DNA from: a virus
Strand: one strand, 5' to 3'
DNA length: 64,000 nucleotides
Virus record (IMG/VR): IMGVR_UViG_3300019124_000038
Location: 1 to 64,000 of that record
Shown here: positions 1-6,625 of the stretch, piece by piece
How the letters are laid out: the number at the start of each line of letters is the position of its first letter
Position numbering within the stretch: position 1 is the stretch's first letter
Notes under the pieces: generated by a model
Seen by the model: only the letters and a program-made list of their open reading frames with translations
Databases searched by the model: none
What the model was told of the DNA's origin: nothing
Position numbers and translations under genes: made by a program

Positions 1-55
1 ACCCACTGTAATTCGTTTAGAAGACGAATGCCTTAGTCCTCTTGGCTACCGCCGC
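1..55 (-). tRNA. tRNA-Arg(TCT), 3' end truncated by window edge
   Basis: RC GCGGCGGTAGCCAAGAGGACTAAGGC, anticodon arm TTCGT-CTTCTAA-ACGAA. Confidence 0.85.
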
Positions 56-68
56 ATGTTGTACTATA

Positions 69-98
69 AGTATAATATAAGATGACATGTTTAGTCAA
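69..98 (-). promoter_or_regulatory. sigma-A-type promoter for tRNA-Arg
   Basis: TTGACT-18 nt-TATACT. Confidence 0.55.
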
Positions 99-107
99 GG
101 TATAAAG

Positions 108-132
108 AAAAAAGGACTCCCGAAGGAGTCCT
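108..132 (-). terminator. intrinsic terminator after DUF2828 gene
   Basis: AGGACTCC-TTCG-GGAGTCCT followed by T-run on minus strand. Confidence 0.85.
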
Positions 133-135
133 GTA

Positions 136-1635
136 TTATGCTCGAACTGCCGCGTAGCGATCAGATTCCAGCACATCCAGCATCATCTCGTATGCTGTCT
201 TCATGCGACCTGCGAGGAGGTTTGTGAAGATAGTCGGAGATGCACCAGAGACCAGTTGTACACCAGCATCATTGAAAGTCAACGGAGTATTGCCCGCCGA
301 AGCGTTTACATTCCAGAAGACCAGATCAGGCATAGCGTATCCAGCCGATTCGTAGCGTTGACGCAGATTCTCGAAGAGAGCTTTATCATTCCCACCATCC
401 ACAGCGCGGTCGAATTGCATGTCCGAGATAATGTACACTCGGCTGACCATTTCATCAGCAGGGATGCGCTTATTGATAGCCGTGTTCAAGATGAGATCAA
501 ATGCCGCTTCGATGTTTGTATTCAAGTCCCAGTAAGCTCGGGAGATATTGCAAACCTTCTCAACGAATGTCTCACCTTGGAGCTTCACAAGGTCAGGACG
601 CTCAGAGAACGTCAGGATGTGGTTGTGGAACTCGCCACGGTTACGCTCTGCCGCGTAGATGCTCAGACCAAGCGCAATCTCAGCAGGGAGACCACGCATA
701 GAATACGAAACGTCCAGCATGACGAGCGCGTTATCAGTACGGCCACCGAAGTAGTCAGGCTGTGCATTCCATAGTGCGTTTACTGTATCCTTATCGGTCA
801 TTAGAGATGCATCGTAGACGATATTATACTTTCCACGATAAATGGATTCCATTCGAGAAGGGATTCGACGAACGAGTTCGTAGGGGAACAGTGTTCCAGC
901 GTTGATCTTCGCCTTTCCGTTCTCTACATCATTAATGAATGCAGTATATCCGTTTGGACGATGACGATCAAAAGCGTCACTGTAAATCAGGCTTGCCTTT
1001 GAAGGAACTTTTTCGAAGTCGATCTTATCCCACTCACCAGCAGACATGAGACGTTCAACCACGTTGATACGCTCACGAAGCGTAGAGAGAGCCTTACGGT
1101 ATGCCTTAGATGACAGCCCGAGATGCTTGCGTGTTTTACGGGCAAGGCGGCGTGTTTCGGTAGACGATGCGTTTTCCGATTTTAGCCATTTGCCGAGTAG
1201 AGATGGATGTCCTGATTCAAGATCAACTAAGAATTGCTTTTTGATGATCTCTGCCGCGACATCTTCCAGAGTGGTATCGAACAGAACGTACAGCATGTCC
1301 CAACGACCGTATTCGGGAATGAGATGCGCGTTAAGTGCTACCAGCTCAGGCTTGTTTACAACCAGCCACTTGACGAGACGAGCGAAAGTGTTTCGTTCAC
1401 CTTGACCGCCGCGAACATCGTAGCCGTAGAACAGAGCCTTCATAGCCAGCAGTCGATCTTCACCGATGGCTTTCGAGAATGCTGTGGTCAGCGCGTAGTC
1501 ATTAAGATTACGTGCAGAACCAACAATCCCAAAGAAGTCCAGAACGTCAGAGTTGGTAGTGCGGTAAGCCCGCGCTCCATTTGCCGTGTAGCCTACGTTA
1601 GTAGCATCACGGAGGGCTGTCAGCATGTTTGTCAT
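136..1635 (-). CDS. DUF2828-type Ro60/TROVE-like helical-repeat + vWA protein
   Basis: T.NGA.AY.TT, DVRGGQGER, IPEYGRWD, GKWLKSE, KINAGTLFPYE, MIDAS DVSYSM, ISDMQFD, VFWNV motifs. Confidence 0.85.
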   Translation of the reverse strand: MTNMLTALRDATNVGYTANGARAYRTTNSDVLDFFGIVGSARNLNDYALTTAFSKAIGEDRLLAMKALFYGYDVRGGQGERNTFARLVKWLVVNKPELVALNAHLIPEYGRWDMLYVLFDTTLEDVAAEIIKKQFLVDLESGHPSLLGKWLKSENASSTETRRLARKTRKHLGLSSKAYRKALSTLRERINVVERLMSAGEWDKIDFEKVPSKASLIYSDAFDRHRPNGYTAFINDVENGKAKINAGTLFPYELVRRIPSRMESIYRGKYNIVYDASLMTDKDTVNALWNAQPDYFGGRTDNALVMLDVSYSMRGLPAEIALGLSIYAAERNRGEFHNHILTFSERPDLVKLQGETFVEKVCNISRAYWDLNTNIEAAFDLILNTAINKRIPADEMVSRVYIISDMQFDRAVDGGNDKALFENLRQRYESAGYAMPDLVFWNVNASAGNTPLTFNDAGVQLVSGASPTIFTNLLAGRMKTAYEMMLDVLESDRYAAVRA

Positions 1636-1668
1636 CCCTTATCTTTCCTTTCCTGTGTGAGATTTATC

Positions 1669-1761
1669 TAGGCACATGACTTTGAGGAGTCGAACCTCGG
1701 GTAGTTTCCTTGAAAGGGAAATTTAGCATCCACGCTAAGTCAGAGTTGCTGTAAGTGCCTA
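1669..1761 (-). ncRNA. Y-like RNA unit 1 with nested tRNA-Glu-like cloverleaf
   Basis: TAGGCAC/GTGCCTA stem, CTTACAGCAA, TGACTT/AAGTCA stem, TTTCC-CTTTCAA-GGAAA, GAGG-TTCGACT-CCTC. Confidence 0.7.
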
Positions 1762-1773
1762 AAATCAATTGAC

Positions 1774-1841
1774 AAGACGCATCATTCACCTTTGTCAGAT
1801 TAGCAGTCTGATGTATATTATAGGTTTGCTGTAAGCGTCTT
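1774..1841 (-). ncRNA. Y-like RNA unit 2 with Ser(GCT) anticodon stem-loop
   Basis: AAGACGC/GCGTCTT stem, CTTACAGCAA, TCAGA-CTGCTAA-TCTGA. Confidence 0.7.
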
Positions 1842-1932
1842 TTACACGTTTGGGCGCTCGTTCAATATCGAACCGCCTAGCTGTGCGATTCCTCTTTCGG
1901 AGTGCCAAATGAGCTGTTAGCCGTGAGCCATC

Positions 1933-2038
1933 TAGGTGCGAATGTTGGAAGGGGAGGGGCTTAGTCAGAGATTCTTTTAGGTTCTTCAATGTTTTGAATT
2001 GAGTTATCCGTTACGATATCATCTGCTGTAAGCACCTA
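1933..2038 (-). ncRNA. Y-like RNA unit 3
   Basis: TAGGTGC/GCACCTA stem, CTTACAGCAG, inner TCAAT-7 nt-ATTGA. Confidence 0.65.
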
Positions 2039-2050
2039 AGCTCACACGTT

Positions 2051-2122
2051 TGGTCGAGACACATTACTTGGGCTCTTGTCCTGTTTAAGAGGGCATATAG
2101 TATGTGTTGCTGTTCGTGTCTC
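2051..2122 (-). ncRNA. Y-like RNA unit 4 (CCA-terminated)
   Basis: GAGACAC/GTGTCTC stem, CGAACAGCAA, 3' GACCA. Confidence 0.65.
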
Positions 2123-2132
2123 TCACGTTTAC

Positions 2133-2197
2133 AAGGCGCAATCCATGTTTTCATCCAGTTGAAAGAAAGAGATAGGGTTGATTGCTGTTCGCGCCTT
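2133..2197 (-). ncRNA. Y-like RNA unit 5
   Basis: AAGGCGC/GCGCCTT stem, CGAACAGCAA. Confidence 0.65.
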
Positions 2198-2227
2198 TAG
2201 GTTATCGCATAGTCTTTACAGGTTAAG

Positions 2228-2347
2228 TTACCATTCGTAGATGACTTTTCCGTCATTGCGGATGAAACACACCACAGCACCATTCGAGTTCTCAATCCAG
2301 CCTTTAAAACCAGTATTGGAGCCCTTGGAGTACTCTTTGTATACCAT
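2228..2347 (-). CDS. 39-aa hypothetical protein (not in ORF track)
   Basis: AGGAGG RBS; MVYKEYSKGSNTGFKGWIENSNGAVVCFIRNDGKVIYEW. Confidence 0.65.
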   Translation of the reverse strand: MVYKEYSKGSNTGFKGWIENSNGAVVCFIRNDGKVIYEW

Positions 2348-2372
2348 CTCACTAACCTCCTAATGGCTAATT

Positions 2373-2459
2373 TGGTACGACTGGAGAGACTTGAACTCTC
2401 ACGCCACAGAGGACACTCGGGTCTGAGCCGAGCGCGTATTCCGATTCCGCCACAGTCGC
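2373..2459 (-). tRNA. tRNA-Leu(CAG)
   Basis: cloverleaf, CTCGG-CTCAGAC-CCGAG, long variable arm, CCA. Confidence 0.93.
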
Positions 2460-2462
2460 ATA

Positions 2463-2548
2463 TGGTGGGAGAAGAGAGATTCGAACTCACTAAGCCATAG
2501 GCAATGGATTTACAGTCCACCGTAACTCTCCATCGTTACCGCTCTCCC
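2463..2548 (-). tRNA. tRNA-Tyr(GTA)
   Basis: TGGA-CTGTAAA-TCCA, long variable arm, CCA. Confidence 0.93.
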
Positions 2549-2736
2549 ATATTAGAGTCGCATTTTTGAGGATAATGCGGAACCCCCACGATCTAAACCT
2601 TATTAGGTAGGAGCTTGTGGTCAGCACCTTGGAGTATCCGACGCAAAACTATTTCCCTGCTTTGCCCCGCAGGATAGTTATGAGCAAGGGTATCCATGCA
2701 AACCCCTTGCGTCGATTGGGGAGGTTTAGCGTAATA

Positions 2737-2819
2737 TGGTGGAGTGGACAGGATTCGAACCTGTGATTCAACGGCTAATTAACCGTTCGCCTTCGTTCCA
2801 TTCTCGGCTATCCTACTCC
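2737..2819 (-). tRNA. atypical tRNA with 8-nt anticodon loop and bulged acceptor stem
   Basis: intact T-arm ACAGG-TTCGAAT-CCTGT and CCA; AACGG-TTAATTAG-CCGTT. Confidence 0.6.
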
Positions 2820-2824
2820 ACATA

Positions 2825-2902
2825 TGGTATGGATGCAGGGATTCGAACCCTGGACCTCTCACTCCCAAGGCGAGCGTTCTGACCAAGCTGAACTACATCC
2901 AT
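2825..2902 (-). tRNA. tRNA-Pro(TGG)
   Basis: CTCGC-CTTGGGA-GTGAG, CCA. Confidence 0.93.
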
Positions 2903-3014
2903 ATAAAATTGGCGAGCCAAACCCTCTATTACCAAACACTCGCCTGTCTGCATCCCCTGAAAGTGCAGAGTTTCCCAAGGTTAGAATGGAAGGAGAGACA
3001 AGCTCCCCGAACCG

Positions 3015-3335
3015 TTAGTTTTGAATCTTGTTAGTCAGGTTGTCAATCTCCTGCAAGATCGGTGCGAGTTGCTGGAGAGAAGCCTGAACTTGTTTCTGAG
3101 TTGCGTCGATGTTCGTTTGCAACATCTGGAATTGCATAGCCAGCATTGCCATCGACGGGTCTTGTGTCTGAGAAAGCATCTGTGCAATTTGTTGCATCTG
3201 CACTTCAATGCCGTCAAAGTTGTTTGCCGCCATCATTGCCTGATTGACCAGACCCCGTGCCGCTGTTACCTGTGCGTCGATCTGATCGCCAGTACGTGCC
3301 GCCTTCATTCCTGTGTTGAATCCAAAGTTCATCAT
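3015..3335 (-). CDS. 106-aa Gln/Met/Ala-rich coiled-coil hypothetical protein
   Basis: purine-rich RBS before ATG 3335; the longer ORF-track start overlaps tRNA-Trp. Confidence 0.7.
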   Translation of the reverse strand: MMNFGFNTGMKAARTGDQIDAQVTAARGLVNQAMMAANNFDGIEVQMQQIAQMLSQTQDPSMAMLAMQFQMLQTNIDATQKQVQASLQQLAPILQEIDNLTNKIQN

Positions 3336-3392
3336 CCTAAATCCCTTCCTTTTCCCTTGTAGTTTTTTTACGTTGTGCTCCCGAGGGAGCTT

Positions 3393-3471
3393 TGGCAAGG
3401 GCAGTAGGAATCGAACCTACCACACAATCCTTTGGAGGGATCGTCGCCTAATCCTTGGTACATGTGCCCCT
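3393..3471 (-). tRNA. tRNA-Trp(CCA), irregular D-arm
   Basis: GATCC-CTCCAAA-GGATT, T-arm GTAGG-TTCGATT-CCTAC, CCA. Confidence 0.85.
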
Positions 3472-3526
3472 ATGTTTGCAGTCCCTTTCGAGACCGTGAC
3501 GTGATGTTTTGTTATCTTATACTCAT

Positions 3527-3555
3527 ATTATATCAGCTTGTCCCATGATTGTCAA
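3527..3555 (-). promoter_or_regulatory. sigma-A consensus promoter
   Basis: TTGACA-17 nt-TATAAT. Confidence 0.85.
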
Positions 3556-3742
3556 GGAAGAACTTTTCAGCTTCCTTTCTGCCAGTTTGACGAGCTGACT
3601 TCTTCAATCGACGGTTAGCAGGATGATGCTTGTCTACCGCAGGATGCTTGCTTCCGTGGTCAAGACAGTTGGTTCGCCCATAGTGGATGCAGACTAAGCA
3701 AATTTGACGATCTCTGCGCTTCATTCCGTATGGTTTCATCAT
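3533..3742 (-). CDS. 69-aa basic hypothetical protein with CxxC/His
   Basis: MMKPYGMKRRDRQICLVC...KKSARQ; the ORF-track start overlaps tRNA-Leu. Confidence 0.6.
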   Translation of the reverse strand: MMKPYGMKRRDRQICLVCIHYGRTNCLDHGSKHPAVDKHHPANRRLKKSARQTGRKEAEKFFLDNHGTS

Positions 3743-3765
3743 GACGCCGCCTTTTGAAGTTTGTG

Positions 3766-3844
3766 TGGTGCTACTGGAGGGAGTCGAACCCATCACTTGT
3801 ACAGATTTTAAGTCTGGTGCGTCTGCCAATTGCGCCACAGTAGC
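3766..3844 (-). tRNA. tRNA-Leu(TAA), short variable region
   Basis: CAGA-CTTAAAA-TCTG, CCA. Confidence 0.9.
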
Positions 3845-3960
3845 ATGGAAGTTGCCCGTTTTCTATTAAGGGATTAAACGGAGCCGAAAACAACCGTGCT
3901 GTTCATCTACTGGAGTAGATGGGGGTGTATAAGACCCGTGCGTCAGAACATACGCACTAT

Positions 3961-4034
3961 TGGAGCGGTGTACGGGAATCTAACCCGTGTTGCCCGCTTG
4001 GAAGGCGGGAGCACAAACACTATACCAACACCGC
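3961..4034 (-). tRNA. tRNA-Gly(TCC)
   Basis: CCCGC-CTTCCAA-GCGGG; variant T-loop TTAGATT; CCA. Confidence 0.88.
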
Positions 4035-4152
4035 ATGTGGCGACGTGCTTGGACTTCGAAGTCCAGCTCCTATAAGCACACGTCATGGGCTGGAACGGCA
4101 GAGAATCTTTAACCCTGCTATTTACGCCACGTACTTTGTAGGGCGACCAGCA

Positions 4153-4254
4153 TGATACGTCCGTAGAGGGCTTGAACCTCTCAATGGCAGGAATGCCACG
4201 CAAGCGTTTGACCAACCTGTCATTTCCACTTCGCTCTCCTAACGAGCACGGACG
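4153..4254 (-). ncRNA. tRNA-like RNA without canonical anticodon loop
   Basis: CGTCCGT/ACGGACG acceptor, GCTC/GAGC D-arm, TGGCA/TGCCA variable arm, AGAGG-TTCAAGC-CCTCT T-arm. Confidence 0.55.
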
Positions 4255-4260
4255 ATGATT

Positions 4261-4352
4261 TGGCAGTAGGTAGGGGATTCGAACCCCTGAACCAGATTTC
4301 TCCAGTTGGCAGTTTAGCAAACTGCTGGTTTCAACCACTCACCCAACCTACT
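4261..4352 (-). tRNA. tRNA-Ser(GCT)
   Basis: GCAGT-TTGCTAA-ACTGC, long variable arm, CCA. Confidence 0.93.
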
Positions 4353-4408
4353 ATAGTCGAATATTAAACCACATGCTTCCAAACATATCTGGCTCTCCTT
4401 TCCACGTT

Positions 4409-4502
4409 TGGCGGGAGCGAGGAGATTCGAACTCCTGCACGACATCTCTGCCGCCTAGCTGTTTTCAAGACAGTTCCCTTTTATCCGCTTGGGTACGCTC
4501 CC
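4409..4502 (-). tRNA. tRNA-Ser(TGA)
   Basis: CTGT-CTTGAAA-ACAG, long variable arm, CCA. Confidence 0.93.
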
Positions 4503-4513
4503 GTATTGACTTA

Positions 4514-4906
4514 TGAGATACAAGCTATAAGCCACGTTCTGTCCGCTGTGCTTCAAGCGACTAGTCAGGTCTCGCACTATGCGTGACAATCATCTAACTA
4601 GGTCATACGACCTCTGGTTGTTGGTTCATTTCCCTTCCGACCAGTTCCCCGACCATTGTTTGGGTTTCACACAAGAGGGGTTTACCGCGTTTCACCCGCT
4701 CCGTTTCCAGAGCGATTCGTCACTGTGGCACTTTACGACCGCCACAACCATCTAATCTTCGATTAGTACAGGTCGTGATTCATGTCGCCGTCAGTAGTTT
4801 CCTACTGCCAGAGCTTATTAGGCTCTGCTCTCGAACTCCTACCATCTCAGGCAGGGTGTGCGTGGACTTTCCTCACCTTTCGGCGCGATTGTCCGCTTGT
4901 ATCTCA
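4514..4906 (-). ncRNA. rnpB: RNase P RNA, bacterial type B
   Basis: P1 GAGATACAAGC/GCTTGTATCTC; GAGGAAAGTCCACGC; CTGAGATG; AAAGTGCCACAGTGACG; GAAACGCGGTAAACCCCTC; GAAACCCAAA; TAGATGATTG; ACAGAACGTGGCTTATA. Confidence 0.93.
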
Positions 4907-4980
4907 CGTAACGACGATTCCATTTACATCATGTCAATGCAGACTAATAAATGAGTTGTCTATCGTCAAACCTATCTCGC

Positions 4981-5057
4981 TGGTGACGCATGAGGGGTTC
5001 GAACCCTCGATCTCCACCTTGAAAGGGTGGCGACTTATCCAACTTGTCCAATGCGCC
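4981..5057 (-). tRNA. tRNA-Glu(TTC)
   Basis: CCACC-CTTTCAA-GGTGG, CCA. Confidence 0.93.
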
Positions 5058-5060
5058 ATA

Positions 5061-5140
5061 TGGGGTGAGTGACGGGAATCGAACCCGCGACACCCTGAGT
5101 CACAGTCAGGTATGCGATACCAACACGCATCACACTCAAC
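5061..5140 (-). tRNA. tRNA-His(GTG)
   Basis: CCTGA-CTGTGAC-TCAGG, G-1/C73, CCA. Confidence 0.9.
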
Positions 5141-5183
5141 ATCTTTCAAATTCCTTACTCGACCACTCAAAGCCAGTGTTTTT

Positions 5184-5774
5184 TTAGTACAAACCGTAAA
5201 CGGTAGTTCGTGTTCCGGGGGAGATCATTGGCATTACTCCAGCGTTAAACTCAGGCAAGATGACATCAAGAGGAACGAAGTAATGGTAGTTCACTGTCTG
5301 CACAGTATAAATCCCATCAAGTGCAACCGTAGTCACCGTTTCCCCTCTTTCTACTAACATCGTATGTTTGTTGGGGAAACTAACCTGCGTTTCGTCATCG
5401 AATCTGGAAATCCATTTCTCTACAGTGCCATCTTCACGGAATCTTGTCTCTGTATAGAAACCAGACTCATTGTTGTGAATGTCAAAAGATTCTAGCATCA
5501 CATATGTTGCCAATTGACTAACCCCATCCGTAACCATGAACGGTCGAAATACAGGGTCATCCGCCATGAAATTCCAATCGTAGTCGAACATAACGATCTT
5601 TGGATGGTAGTGATACTTTCCTTCTTGGAGAGAGTAGAGACTAACACCGTCTGATTCGTAGTAATGACCGTCAATTTCGTCTGTTTCGCCAGCATGTGCA
5701 CTTGCGAGACTTGGCGTGAATGCTACCGCCATTGTCAATAGAATTGCTGTGAGTGTTTTCAAGATTTTGTTCAA
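5184..5774 (-). CDS. secreted YHYH-motif protein
   Basis: signal peptide ending ASA-H, HAGETDEIDGH...YHYH motif, AAGGAG RBS. Confidence 0.75.
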   Translation of the reverse strand: MNKILKTLTAILLTMAVAFTPSLASAHAGETDEIDGHYYESDGVSLYSLQEGKYHYHPKIVMFDYDWNFMADDPVFRPFMVTDGVSQLATYVMLESFDIHNNESGFYTETRFREDGTVEKWISRFDDETQVSFPNKHTMLVERGETVTTVALDGIYTVQTVNYHYFVPLDVILPEFNAGVMPMISPGTRTTVYGLY

Positions 5775-5852
5775 AGCCGCATTGCTCCTTTTGTTTTAAG
5801 AGTCTGGCTTTGAGTGTTTCTTTGTTGCTCTATCTTGTTGCTTGTCGAGTTT

Positions 5853-5928
5853 TGGTTGCTACGCGCTGGAATTGAACCAGCTTGACAAAGGTTATGAGCC
5901 TTCGTGAGATACCTACCTCCCGCCAGCT
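5853..5928 (-). tRNA. tRNA-Met(CAT), initiator-like
   Basis: AAGG-CTCATAA-CCTT; unpaired 1:72; irregular acceptor stem; CCA. Confidence 0.75.
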
Positions 5929-5933
5929 ATATA

Positions 5934-6009
5934 TGGGGCAACCAAGTGGAATTGAACCACCGACCTATCCCTTATCAGGGGATTGCTCTACCAACTGAGC
6001 TATGGTTGC
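5934..6009 (-). tRNA. tRNA-Ile(GAT)
   Basis: ATCCC-CTGATAA-GGGAT, CCA. Confidence 0.92.
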
Positions 6010-6196
6010 ACGTTATATGCAGATCATCTAACCGTCTGCCCACTGTGGGGTCTAACTATGATCTGCGTCGAGACTTCGGGGCGCATGTTTTAGGCAAGTG
6101 CCAGCCCATACATGTATTTCCCATTTTTCGCCTGTCTCGAAGTTTTTCCCCCATTTCTGCACTCCATAAGCACTTCGGAGCAGAGGAACGGTTTTT

Positions 6197-6275
6197 TGGA
6201 GCGATAGACGGGATTCGAACCCGCGGGCCTCCGCATTGGCAATGCGGCACTCTAAGCCGACTGAGCTACTATCGC
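6197..6275 (-). tRNA. tRNA-Gly(GCC)
   Basis: CCGCA-TTGCCAA-TGCGG, CCA. Confidence 0.92.
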
Positions 6276-6278
6276 ATA

Positions 6279-6355
6279 TGGCGTATCCTACAGGATTCGA
6301 ACCTGTGACCTCTGGCTCCGCAAGCCATTGCTCTTGTCCACTGAGCTAAGGATAC
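6279..6355 (-). tRNA. tRNA-Arg(GCG)
   Basis: TGGC-TTGCGGA-GCCA, CCA. Confidence 0.9.
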
Positions 6356-6356
6356 A

Positions 6357-6433
6357 TGGCACACCGTAAGGGATTCGAACCCCTGACACGCTGGTTCGAA
6401 GCCAGACGCTCTAGTCCTCTGAGCTAACGGTGC
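6357..6433 (-). tRNA. tRNA-Arg(TCG)
   Basis: CTGG-CTTCGAA-CCAG, CCA. Confidence 0.9.
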
Positions 6434-6437
6434 ATAT

Positions 6438-6512
6438 TGGTGGAGAAGACGGGACTTGAACCCGCGACCCTTCGCTTGCAAGGCGAATGCTCTACCTCTG
6501 AGCTACTTCCCC
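6438..6512 (-). tRNA. tRNA-Ala(TGC)
   Basis: TTCGC-CTTGCAA-GCGAA, G3-U70, CCA. Confidence 0.95.
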
Positions 6513-6625
6513 ATATTAGTGGACACTAGAAACCCCTAACCTCATGCCCGTTGGTTTTCTTTGACGCGCGTGGGCGGCTTTCGCCGTTCCCGTTTGCTCG
6601 GCAAGGACTCCGTTATTAAGTCATT

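Noticed and set aside
1669-2197. CRISPR array
   Set aside because: The shared word is only about 9 nt, unit ends covary as stems rather than repeating, spacing is irregular, and no cas genes are present
6560-6610. c-di-GMP-I riboswitch (GCAAAC...GAAA)
   Set aside because: Only partial words; the second hairpin is missing and no regulated gene lies downstream
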